Sequence record: LR756511.1
DNA length: 64,000 nucleotides
Direction: 5' to 3' (one strand)
The translations under genes were made by a program, and so were the position numbers. Below, one piece after another: positions 37,246 through 46,854 of this stretch (position 1 is its first letter; each line of letters opens with the position of its first letter). The notes below the pieces were generated by a model. The model was given only the letters and a program-made list of their open reading frames with translations. It did no database searches and was not told the origin of the DNA.

Positions 37246-38925
37246 TCATCCTTTCACGATTGGCAATCTTCGCCCAATTCCAAACGCAACTGGCGTAATC
37301 TTGATCCCAGGTGCCGCTTGCCGACGCTTGAATTCGTTATTATTGATTTTGCGGATCATTTTCTCGTAATCCGCTTTCGCACCCTCAGATGTAAGCCATG
37401 CCCGAATGAAATCCCGATTCGTAGAAGTGCCTTTATAAGAGTCAAGGAACCATCCGCCAAACGCTTCAAAATCGCCAACATATCCTTCCACATATCCATT
37501 AACAATCGCATCAAGAATAGGATATGGAAGCAAGCTAGCCTCGTCCGTTTGTCCAGGCGCCAATTCAGCACTCGGAGCCTTCGTCAGAATGTTTTCTGGA
37601 ATAACAGCTTTCGCACCATGCCGAGCATTATATTGATTGGCAAGCTTGTAGACTTCCATCTTATAAAGGTCATTAATCGGACAGAAACCACCGTTCATAT
37701 CACCGTAAAGTGTGCAATATCCCAATGCTAGCTCAGTCTTATTGCCAGTAGACAGCAATAGAGCGCCGTAAGCATTGGAGAAATACATGAGAATTAGACC
37801 GCGTAGGCGAGCCTGAATGTTCTCATTGGCAATAGGATAAGGACGACCCATCTCCAAACTAGTTTGAATATGATTTACCCAGGCTTCGTGGTCAAATCCA
37901 ACCCGATGATCGTGGCATCCCAAATTTGCATGTAACTGTTTAGCATCATTAATGGAATGCTCGCTACTGATAGCGGACGGCATACGGATACCATGCACGT
38001 TATCAGGCCCAAGGGCATCGCACGCCAGAGCAAGCGTTAAAGCACTGTCAATACCGCCGCTACTGCCGACAACAACTGTCTTAAAACCACTCTTGGTTAC
38101 ATAGTCCCGCAATCCCATCTTGAGCATTTCATAAACATCATCGTATGGAGCGGACGGAGGGGGAGAATTCCAGCTATTGTTAAAGAACAAATGATCGCCA
38201 AGCTGATTGCATGTTCTTAATCCGCCGTCATTAGCAATGAAACTGTTTCCATCAAAAACAAGCTCATCCTGCCCGCCAATTTGGTTGCAGTAGATAATTT
38301 CGCCGCCTCTCTCACAGCTATGACAAATCATCTGCCGTCGTTTTGCGGGTTTTCCCTGGACATACGGAGAGCTATTAATGCTAATGATCTTTGTTACACC
38401 AACATCACGGTATTGCTGGAGCGGATTGGTGTTATAATTGTAATCGTCGCTATCCTTGTCATTCCATAGGTCTTCGCAGATACAAATGCCCCACTTCTCA
38501 CCCTTAATATTAAGAACGGTTAGTTCCGTCCCAGGTTGAAAGTAGCGACCTTCATCAAAAACGTCATAGAATGGGAGAAGGTGTTTCTGATAAGTTGCCA
38601 CAATTGCGCCACGGCGAAGAACAGCCGCCATATTACGGAAAGGCTTACCGTAACCACAGTGGTTATGGTCCACATAACCAACAACAATATAAGCATTCGA
38701 ATGTTTGGAGCTTCCTTGTATAAAACTCAAGAATCTAAGATTATCTTCAATAAACCCCTTACGAAACATCATATCCTTACAGAGATATCCAGGGATGGAC
38801 AACTCTGGAAAGACGATTAAATCTGCCCCTTCTTTGTCACCTAGAATAATCCCCTGTGTAATCTGCTGGTAATTACCCTCAAAATCACCAGGAGTCGTAT
38901 TAATCTGGCATAACAAAGTCTTCAT
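37246..38925 (-). CDS. nadE: Glutamine-dependent NAD+ synthetase
   Basis: Nitrilase triad FPE/YQKHLLP/ICEDLW; SSGGIDSA, ENIQARLRG, TGNKTE...YCTLYGDM, KAPSAEL, EFKRRQ. Confidence 0.95.
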   Translation of the reverse strand: MKTLLCQINTTPGDFEGNYQQITQGIILGDKEGADLIVFPELSIPGYLCKDMMFRKGFIEDNLRFLSFIQGSSKHSNAYIVVGYVDHNHCGYGKPFRNMAAVLRRGAIVATYQKHLLPFYDVFDEGRYFQPGTELTVLNIKGEKWGICICEDLWNDKDSDDYNYNTNPLQQYRDVGVTKIISINSSPYVQGKPAKRRQMICHSCERGGEIIYCNQIGGQDELVFDGNSFIANDGGLRTCNQLGDHLFFNNSWNSPPPSAPYDDVYEMLKMGLRDYVTKSGFKTVVVGSSGGIDSALTLALACDALGPDNVHGIRMPSAISSEHSINDAKQLHANLGCHDHRVGFDHEAWVNHIQTSLEMGRPYPIANENIQARLRGLILMYFSNAYGALLLSTGNKTELALGYCTLYGDMNGGFCPINDLYKMEVYKLANQYNARHGAKAVIPENILTKAPSAELAPGQTDEASLLPYPILDAIVNGYVEGYVGDFEAFGGWFLDSYKGTSTNRDFIRAWLTSEGAKADYEKMIRKINNNEFKRRQAAPGIKITPVAFGIGRRLPIVKG

Positions 38926-38956
38926 TTCTTCCTCTTTTCACCTTACGCGACAGATT

Positions 38957-39520
38957 TCATAAAGCGAACCTGAAACCAAAACTATACCTATCAACCTCCG
39001 TATACACGCAATGCCAATATAGGTGAGTCTTTTCTACTTTAAATGCTCTAAAGTTCCACCCCTTTTTTTCCCACTCCGTTATAACTTTGTTGCCTTGAGC
39101 ATAACGAAAAAAGCTTTTATCATCTTCGTCTACATAACTCGCATATACCCGCCAGCCATGCATGTTTGAGTTACTATGCCAACCCATGTAACCCATATAT
39201 TCTTTGCCAGTAGATTCGTCCTTATACTTCTTTGGATAATGAAAGCTGCCTGAGACAGAAATTAGTTCACTGTTCGGGAAAAGTCCAGCCGCCCATCGCC
39301 GTACAGCTTTTGGATCGTAGTGTTCTAACCAGTATGTAAAAACGTCTGGAGCTACAACTACATCCCCTTTTTTCCTAATGTCAAGTAAATCCGCTTCAGA
39401 TAACTTAGGATTATCGTTCGGCTCACCTACTTGGCGTCCAGGGGGTTTATAGTCTGAGATAACCTTGTCTAATGCGGTCGCTAGTGATTTTACTCTTGAG
39501 TTTATAGGCAATTTAATCAT
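38957..39520 (-). CDS. Putative 2OG-Fe(II)/cupin-like oxygenase
   Basis: YMGWHSN...WHCV...RYSFGF; TAAATT box 5 nt before ATG. Confidence 0.55.
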   Translation of the reverse strand: MIKLPINSRVKSLATALDKVISDYKPPGRQVGEPNDNPKLSEADLLDIRKKGDVVVAPDVFTYWLEHYDPKAVRRWAAGLFPNSELISVSGSFHYPKKYKDESTGKEYMGYMGWHSNSNMHGWRVYASYVDEDDKSFFRYAQGNKVITEWEKKGWNFRAFKVEKTHLYWHCVYTEVDRYSFGFRFAL

Positions 39521-39889
39521 GCACTAATTTAGTGTGTCATGACCAAATATAAAGCCTACAGCCTCACTAACAGAATGCCGCCAATGGCAAGCAACGCGAA
39601 AAGTTGTGCTAATCCGAACATTAAAGCATACGCCCAAATCTCAACAGAAAACTCCGTGTCATACTTTTTCCATCGTCCAAGCAGCCATGCCGCAGGATAT
39701 CCCAGCAACGCAATCCACCTTAGAGCCGTCCACATTTATTGCTTCTCCTTTTGTCTCTCTTCACACATAGACCGTTCGGTATTTTCCCATTCCTTAATCG
39801 GGTACTCTGCGTAACAATTCATACACTTAATCATGCCTTTAGCATAATCAATTGTATTATAATCCTCTTTGCAATAAGGGCAATAAGCT

Positions 39890-40825
39890 TCACGCACCAT
39901 TGAAAAACTCCTGTTGATCGACATACTTAAATCCGCAACGCTTAGCAAACGTTTCATCCGTCGTTTGATCGCCAACCATAATGCATTGAGAAGCATCTAA
40001 TTTATACTTCTCAATGAAATGAACCCCAATTCCGCAATGAGGCTTTCTACAATAACAAACGACTGGCGGAATTGAATGTGTACAGAAGAAATACTCAATA
40101 TCGTGTCCCAACTGGCGATTTGTCTCTTCAAAACAATCAACCGCCTGTTGAACGGTTAGCTTTCCCTTCGCAACACCAGATTGATTGGACGCACCAAGCA
40201 ACCTGTAACCTTTTTTGACGTATTCATCAATCTTTTCTTTACGCCCAGGAAGAATCTTAACTTCATTAGGCTTCGTAGGATAGCCATACTCGTTCTCCGT
40301 TACTCGTAAGGTATCATCGTAGTCCAGAATCAATGCTTTATTCTTGTAAGCTGGGTCTTTCTTACGAACAAATGGCACCACTTCCACCGAAGCAAAACCT
40401 TCAGCAGTTGTCGGCTTCTGGAATTTCTTCTTGTAATTAAACAACGCAACAGGCGGGAATAGATTTGGATTCTTTTCGGTCTTGAAGTCGGCAGGATCAA
40501 GCAACCGACCCTTTAATTCAATCATTCGTTTGCAAGCATTGAATTGGGCATCTTCGAAAGACGTATCAAGCAAAACAGCCTTAATGGGAAGCTTCAGTGT
40601 TTTTGCGGCAGCAATAATGCTTTTACGACTAGCAACGTCCATGTAGGTATTATCAAGCACGAACTTCTCAATCCCCTTCTTAAAGAGATTAAGAACCAAT
40701 TCCGCCTGTTGGTCAAGTGTGCCACCGTCCATGTCGCGGTTTAGGCGATGATAGCCTTGATCGACATATTTCTTGACGCATGTGGTCTTACCCGCTGCAT
40801 TGTAGCCAAGTAAAACGATAATCAT
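39890..40825 (-). CDS. Polynucleotide kinase-phosphatase (P-loop + HAD-IIIA)
   Basis: GYNAAGKTT, VLDNT; DYDDTL, ASNQSG, CRKP, MVGD...D. Confidence 0.85.
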   Translation of the reverse strand: MIIVLLGYNAAGKTTCVKKYVDQGYHRLNRDMDGGTLDQQAELVLNLFKKGIEKFVLDNTYMDVASRKSIIAAAKTLKLPIKAVLLDTSFEDAQFNACKRMIELKGRLLDPADFKTEKNPNLFPPVALFNYKKKFQKPTTAEGFASVEVVPFVRKKDPAYKNKALILDYDDTLRVTENEYGYPTKPNEVKILPGRKEKIDEYVKKGYRLLGASNQSGVAKGKLTVQQAVDCFEETNRQLGHDIEYFFCTHSIPPVVCYCRKPHCGIGVHFIEKYKLDASQCIMVGDQTTDETFAKRCGFKYVDQQEFFNGA

Positions 40826-41561
40826 TTGTATCGTTCCAAAAAAGTTGTTTCCACCCAAATGTAAGAACCAGTACCATGCCCGCGACGGTGTTTGGTTCGA
40901 ATTCTTAGGTTATGATCTTTTAACAGCCCGTTAATGACTTTAATAAGGTCTACAACGTAATGGGTATCGGTATAGCGTGCCGATTCTGGCACGCCATTGT
41001 CTCTACACCATTGTTCGTCTGATTTAGAGGGCACGCCAATCTACCTCTTTATGTTTTTCAACTGTCCAATTAGCATTTTGAAGGTCTTTGTCGCTTAGAC
41101 ATTGGACAGTCGTATAACGGTCATCAACGAATAGAAACGTGCAAACCTGTTCTTCTCTGGCGTCGAGATATTCAGTCCAGTCTTCCTCTTCGTCATACTG
41201 AAGACCGTGAACCTCTTCGCCGTCAACAAATATATGATACCCTTTTGATTCTAGCTTTGACAGCTTTTTAAAATCCTCAACTGTTATCATTCCCTAATCC
41301 TTATTTTGCAATCTCTTCAATTTGAATGTCAATCTCGCCCCCAAAGAGCGAATTAGAAATCCGCAGGATTTTATTTTCGTCCAGTTTGACAAGCACTGGC
41401 GATCCTTTAAAACCACAACTGTCAGCTAGCTCTTTTTTAGCAGCCTTTAGCGATTCGTTACTTTTGAAGCTCTCTTGTAACAATTTGTTAGCAACTGTGC
41501 TAACGTCACTATGGACTTTTAATGCCTTAAAGTAATTTTCTATTGCAGTCGCTTTAGTCAT
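40822..41561 (-). CDS. Three hypothetical ORFs (40822-41034, 41024-41290, 41301-41561)
   Basis: ORF track. Confidence 0.5.
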
Positions 41562-41571
41562 TTCTTAATCC

Positions 41572-42111
41572 TTATCTACGATTCCTTTTAACCTTCTCAA
41601 TAACGTCTTCAAGTTCCTTCGCCATCTCAAGGTCTGCATTCCTGCAAATCTCCAGAAGCGTATAAGACTCATCCACGGTCTTCTGAACGAGCTTATAAGG
41701 CGCGTTCTTCATATCGAGAAGGTTATCCCAACGATCAACCATCTTGATACGCTGTGCATCAGAACTCATTTCCCGCATATGCTGGAAACGAACCTTATTC
41801 TTTTCCGCTCGCGGACGCCCTGCCCATTACGCACCTTCCGTTGGGAACGTTAATTCCTTCACCAGAAGGTAGCAATCCAGCGGGAAATTATCCTTAACTT
41901 CCGCCGCGAATTCGGGTGCGCAGTCTTCAATAACATCGTGCAACCATGCCGCCGCAATATGAACATCGCGGATATAACGCAACGATGCTACTTTGTTCGC
42001 AACTCGTTCAGGGTGAACAATATACGCAACACCTTCGGACCACTTTCGGGTCTGTCCCGCGTGTGCCCGCCGTGCTAAATCCGCAGCCTGTGCAATCATT
42101 TCCTGATCCAT
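41572..42111 (-). pseudogene. RelA/SpoT-type HD hydrolase (Mesh1/SAH-like) interrupted by in-frame TAA
   Basis: AHAGQTRK..YIVHP..VA..AAWLHDVIED, TAA at 41827-41829, then the same frame continues to IKMVDRWDN. Confidence 0.75.
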
Positions 42112-42120
42112 ATTTAACTC

Positions 42121-43966
42121 CTACCGCCTTGGACTTCCAGGGTAACGATTACCCTGCATTTTCATATATTTTGCCAATGGCATTCCAGCATCGGGATGAA
42201 CCCACATTGCTAAAGAGGCACCAGCAAAATGCCAATAGTCTCTTCGAACCTTTTCCAGCTTCTTTTTTGCGGCACTTAACCGATAATACGTGATGGGACT
42301 TTCTGATCTTGTTGGGTCGCCAAACTTGACCGCAACTTCACTTTGGCTGTAATAATAGTATGCCCCTTCCTTGTTAAGCAAAACTATTATTATACCGCCA
42401 ACAGGATGCAATTCTCTTGCAACCTGATTTATTTCGCGCGAGTCTTCATCTTCCGCACGGAATAGGCAGTAGTGTTCCATTGTAGTCCCTTTCACACAAG
42501 AATCACTTCTGTATGCGGGCTAATGTAAGCCTTAACCTCACGGGAGCCTTCCTTACGGCTAACGCAAACACGTCGGCGGTCGCCATGCATATAGGCTTTA
42601 GTCCAGAAGACACGCCCATTCTTTACGCAGAAACGCTTAAACTTGACGCCAGGACGAGTTAATTCATGTGCTTTCATTTGTTCCTCCTTCGTACAGCTGC
42701 ATCAACCAACCAGACGAACAGCATGGTTATTATAACATAGGCCCGCTGCCAGCCCAGGATTCTCTGCTTCCCACTTATCATCAAGGTCTATCCAGTCCAT
42801 TACCTGTCATCTCTTGCAGCCTGTGAAGCTGCCTCTAATTGTCCCCTAATATCCGCTAAACCAGCGCCTAATTCACCTTCCCACAATTTATGATTCTGAA
42901 CATCATGAGCTAATTGCTTCGCTTTTGCTGCTATTAGCTCCAGCCGTATCGCTACTTCCTGATCGTTTCTCATCCCATTTTCTCCTATTTTCGATATACT
43001 TATCTAAATCCATCCGCACTGATGCACTTGCCCTTTCTAAAAGAAGGTGCAAATGCTCGTAAATATAATGAATTTCACCATGAAAGCGAAAGGTCTTTCC
43101 CGTTTCGTCTACAGCAAGAACGGGATTGTTATTCTCTTTTCTAACCGCATGAACGGCAAGTGAGTTGGTTGCGGCTACAATCTCTATCTGATCGTCCACA
43201 TAGCAAAGACATGGCGTATCATATGGCATCCAGCAACCAACATAGGCTTTTAATGCTAGTTCCCTATTGGGTTCGCCAATGGTATGTGCAATGAATCGAC
43301 AAAGATTAGGAAAGTTTGTCATTTCCCTTCTTCTCCATTTCTTCCTTTACCCATTGGTCGTTCTTGACATTGACATAGATTGCCATTGCAACAATACCTA
43401 TTATGGATACAATAGCAACGACACTACGATACTCCTGTGGGAGCCAGTCCGCTAATTTGAGCGTAATGAATGCCCAAGGAAGAAACACATAAAGAAAAAA
43501 CTTGATAAATTTGCCTGTTATTATCATTTCCCAAGAATAGCCTCAGCTTCTTTGGAAGGAACAGGGACTTCATCTTTATAATTATCTAACGCCCACTTTA
43601 GAAGGCGATTAGCATAAGCGGAAGCGTTCTTGGCGTTACCGCTTTTCATGCTTTCGCTTGCCTGAGTGAGCAGGCGTGCCGCTACTTCGTCGTCCACAGA
43701 AAAAGAAACAGGATATTTTGCACTCATAAATTGCACCGTTGTCATGGGTTAAACCTCTTCGTCTTGTTCATCATCGCACTCAATGGCATAATCAAGAATT
43801 TCTGGCATTAATTCGCTATACTCGTCCAAGAACTCCATATGGGCGAATGTTCCATCCGCACCGCCCTCGTCAATGAAATAGCCTGGACATTCCCGCACTT
43901 CGGAAATGATCTGCGTAGGGTCATAACCGAATTTTGCTATCTTTTCTTTAAGCTTCCGTTCTGCTT
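42121..43966 (-). CDS. Block of short hypothetical ORFs
   Basis: ORF track plus two small unlisted ORFs in 42700-42975; one membrane ORF 43306-43527. Confidence 0.5.
42691..42699 (-). promoter_or_regulatory. CAGCTGTAC motif copy 11
   Basis: Exact; followed directly by GAAGGAGG SD and ATG 42677. Confidence 0.7.
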
Positions 43967-44157
43967 CACTCATTGGCAATTTGACTCCATCTCTTAATTT
44001 CTTTGATGGAATAAACCTGTTCGCCACAGCTTGTGCAGCGATGCCACTCAGCATTAGGCACAACAATGTTCTTGCCGCGCCATTTTACTTTGTGGATTGG
44101 CTCAACATGGTGAACAATCGTTGGTTTACCACAGGTCGGACAAGTACGTTGTTTCAT
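43966..44157 (-). CDS. YgiT-type zinc finger (MqsA N-domain-like) protein
   Basis: CPTCG...KWRGKNIVVPNAEWHRCTSCGEQVYS; no HTH. Confidence 0.75.
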   Translation of the reverse strand: MKQRTCPTCGKPTIVHHVEPIHKVKWRGKNIVVPNAEWHRCTSCGEQVYSIKEIKRWSQIANE

Positions 44158-45347
44158 TCTTCATACGAGTAAAACTCGTATTCTTGGTCATCCCGCCATC
44201 CAAGCGGAGTATCATCTTTAACACGAACGGTTGCGAATTGCAATCCCATCAAGTCTTTCAAAAATTCTGTTTCCGCAAGCGCATCTCTTTCATCATCGCA
44301 CTCAACGATTTCTGCGCCGTAAAAGGAACTTTCACGGTAAATATCCACTTGCGGATCATGTGCAATTACAGCATACTTTGGCATAGGTTAAAAGAACCTA
44401 GCCCCCATTGCTGGGGGCTAGGTTGGATTGTTTAGAATTCATCCGCATATCGCGGACGCGCCTGCTCAGGCTTGACGTAACGGGGAAGTCCCATTAAGGT
44501 GCCCTGGAGTTGCTTGATAAAGCAAACCAGCGCTGGGGAGACTTGCTGTTGGACCATGAAGTTGCTTAGAAGCTGGCTAAGCTCAAAAGCGAATTCGCGG
44601 TCGCAAGAAATGGTAAAGACATGCTTGAAGCGATTGAGAAGATAATCTTCTCGCTCAGGCGGCTCATCCGTGGTATCGGAAAGCTCCAGCAGGAAATCCA
44701 TTTCGCTTAGGAATGGTGCCAGTGGGTCACGGAGCTTCGTCTTGCCGTTTACCGTACTCAGAACGTTTCGCAGACGACGGGCGAATTCCAGGTTGAAGTT
44801 AAAGGTTAGGACGGTGCCGTACGGCTTTTCGGCAACGCTAAACCCAGGCTTCGGTTCGTAGGGCGGCGCATTACGTTCAACAAACCCATTTTCCATTGCT
44901 ACACCTCTAATTCCCGCAAAATTTTATAACAGGAAGTTTAGCGGGGTCGCTTCGCTGTTAATATTAGCCAAATAGAAAGGCTATTTTATCCGAAACATTA
45001 AATGAAAAGAAAACTATCTCGTCTGTCCCTTTGGACTCTATCTCTTTAAGAATGCTATGCCCATCTAACAATCTACCAGAAAAACTAATGGCGACGGTCG
45101 GATGCTCCCCTTTCTTCCTCTTGGAAGGTTTAGCTGCCACCTTCCGTAAGTCAAACGAATTTTTCACAGATTCCAACAGTTCTGCCGCCATCTCAGGCGT
45201 GACCAGCACTGGTTCCGCGTAGTTTTCTAGGCTTTTGACGTAGCGAAACCATTTGTCAGCCCCACCATCTGCCCGCTGTTCAGACAGATAGTAGTCAGCG
45301 TTTTCGCTTGCTTTTTTGGTCAAATCCATCTTGGCAACCCGTTTCAA
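44154..45347 (-). CDS. Three hypothetical ORFs (44154-44384, 44432-44896, 44964-45347)
   Basis: ORF track. Confidence 0.5.
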
Positions 45348-45364
45348 GTTTTTTCGTCTACTTC

Positions 45365-45392
45365 AACTTACTACAGATTTTCCCATTGTAAA
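45365..45392 (-). promoter_or_regulatory. Sigma70-like early promoter
   Basis: TTTACA-N16 (ending TGTAG)-TAAGTT. Confidence 0.6.
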
Positions 45393-45479
45393 GTGGGAAC
45401 ATTTGTTCAGTACAAATGAACTTGTGTTTAGTGGTAAAAAGAGCAAAATCTTACTACCTTATTTTCGAGAGGATTACGA

Positions 45480-46034
45480 ATGGCTATTCTTGAAAGACTT
45501 AATTTAACAAAAGCAGATGTTGAAAAGATTGAACAGACCATAAGCCAACAAAGACAAGTTGAGCGATACTGTATGCTCCGACAATGGTGCTATGGGAGGG
45601 TGCTTGACTTTGGCTGTGGCTGCGGGTATGGAAGTTGGATAATTTCTAGAAACCCCGATGTTAAGTTTGTAAAAGGATATGATATCGACATCCCGACCCT
45701 GGATTGGGCTAGAAACAATTTCACAAATCCCAATTTAGAGTACAGTAACAAGGCTGAAGAAACGTTTGATGTAGTGTTAGCAATTGAAGTTATTGAACAT
45801 ATTGAAGACAAGCATTTTTTACCCTCATTCATCCTTAAGACTAAAGCTAAGGAAGTAATTATTTCTTATCCATCAAGAAAGACTACTCATTATAACAAAT
45901 TCCACTATTATGATTACACGACCCAAGAAATCCTTGACTTATTTCCAGAATATTTCCTGTTTAAAGAAATGAATTACCGCGAGGAATCTAACATCCTACA
46001 TCTCCAGCGCGAAGGGCATTCTAGTGTTAAGTAA
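45480..46034 (+). CDS. Class I SAM-dependent methyltransferase
   Basis: RVLDFGCGCGYGS, GYDID, FDVVLAIEVIEH. Confidence 0.9.
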   Translation: MAILERLNLTKADVEKIEQTISQQRQVERYCMLRQWCYGRVLDFGCGCGYGSWIISRNPDVKFVKGYDIDIPTLDWARNNFTNPNLEYSNKAEETFDVVLAIEVIEHIEDKHFLPSFILKTKAKEVIISYPSRKTTHYNKFHYYDYTTQEILDLFPEYFLFKEMNYREESNILHLQREGHSSVK

Positions 46035-46854
46035 TTTAGGCATATGTGCCGTAATCAAAGACGAAAGAGAAGATTATCTACGGGAATGGGTTAACTACCA
46101 TTTAGGCATAGGTGTTGAGTTTGTTCATATTTATGATAACAACAGCGCAATACCTATAGGCGAACTACTAGCCGATATTCCCCAAGTTCAAGCCGAACAA
46201 TTTCCTTGTCTAGATGGTCGGAAGCATATGATTGCGTATGATGATTTCATTGAAAAATACAGCAACAAAGTTAAATGGACCGCCTTTATTGATCCAGACG
46301 AGTATATCGTCATTCGAAATCCACCACACCAACTGGACGTATTTCTAAAGGATTATGAGGAATTTGGTGGGGTTGGTCTAAATTGGTTAATTTTTGGTTC
46401 TAATAACCTCATAGACAATCCTTCTGGCTCTCAAATAAAGGCGTTTACACGCCGCTGTCCTGACGGTTCGGTTGTGAACCAACATATTAAAACAATCGTT
46501 CAAATGTGTCATGTGGTGAAAAGTTGCGACGGACATCATTACATTTATAAAGACGGTAAATATTGTGTAAATGAATTAAAAAATAGGGTGAATGGTGCGT
46601 TCTCACCATTGTCATACACTCTAGCTTGCATACATCATTACCAACATCGTAGCTTCAATGATTATTTACAAAAAATCAAACGAGGCGCGTCTAGCGGTTT
46701 AAAACACGTTTACCACGAACACCATTTCCGCAATAACGATCCAACATGCAATATGGTGGAGGACTTAACGCTTTATAAAATAGCCGAGGAGAAAAATCTT
46801 GTATACAACAATAACGTGTCCAATTCGAATATCACTAGTGGGCGGATCGAGTGA
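46024..46854 (+). CDS. GT92/GT2-like glycosyltransferase
   Basis: ICAVIKDE...EWVNYH...IYDNNS, FIDPDEY, NWLIFG, IHHY. Confidence 0.8.
   Translation: MLSNLGICAVIKDEREDYLREWVNYHLGIGVEFVHIYDNNSAIPIGELLADIPQVQAEQFPCLDGRKHMIAYDDFIEKYSNKVKWTAFIDPDEYIVIRNPPHQLDVFLKDYEEFGGVGLNWLIFGSNNLIDNPSGSQIKAFTRRCPDGSVVNQHIKTIVQMCHVVKSCDGHHYIYKDGKYCVNELKNRVNGAFSPLSYTLACIHHYQHRSFNDYLQKIKRGASSGLKHVYHEHHFRNNDPTCNMVEDLTLYKIAEEKNLVYNNNVSNSNITSGRIE

Noticed and set aside
41827-41829. Stop-codon reassignment (alternative genetic code)
   Set aside because: Only one clear internal stop and it is TAA; long genes read intact in the standard code and end in TAA, TAG or TGA
304-42699. CAGCTGTAC copies as a CRISPR or tandem repeat array
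   Set aside because: Only 9 nt, with spacing from about 300 nt to more than 10 kb; no regular repeat-spacer structure and no cas genes
45400-45418. Inverted repeat CATTTGT-tcagt-ACAAATG in the divergent region
   Set aside because: Only 7 bp and seen once; could be an operator but cannot be supported
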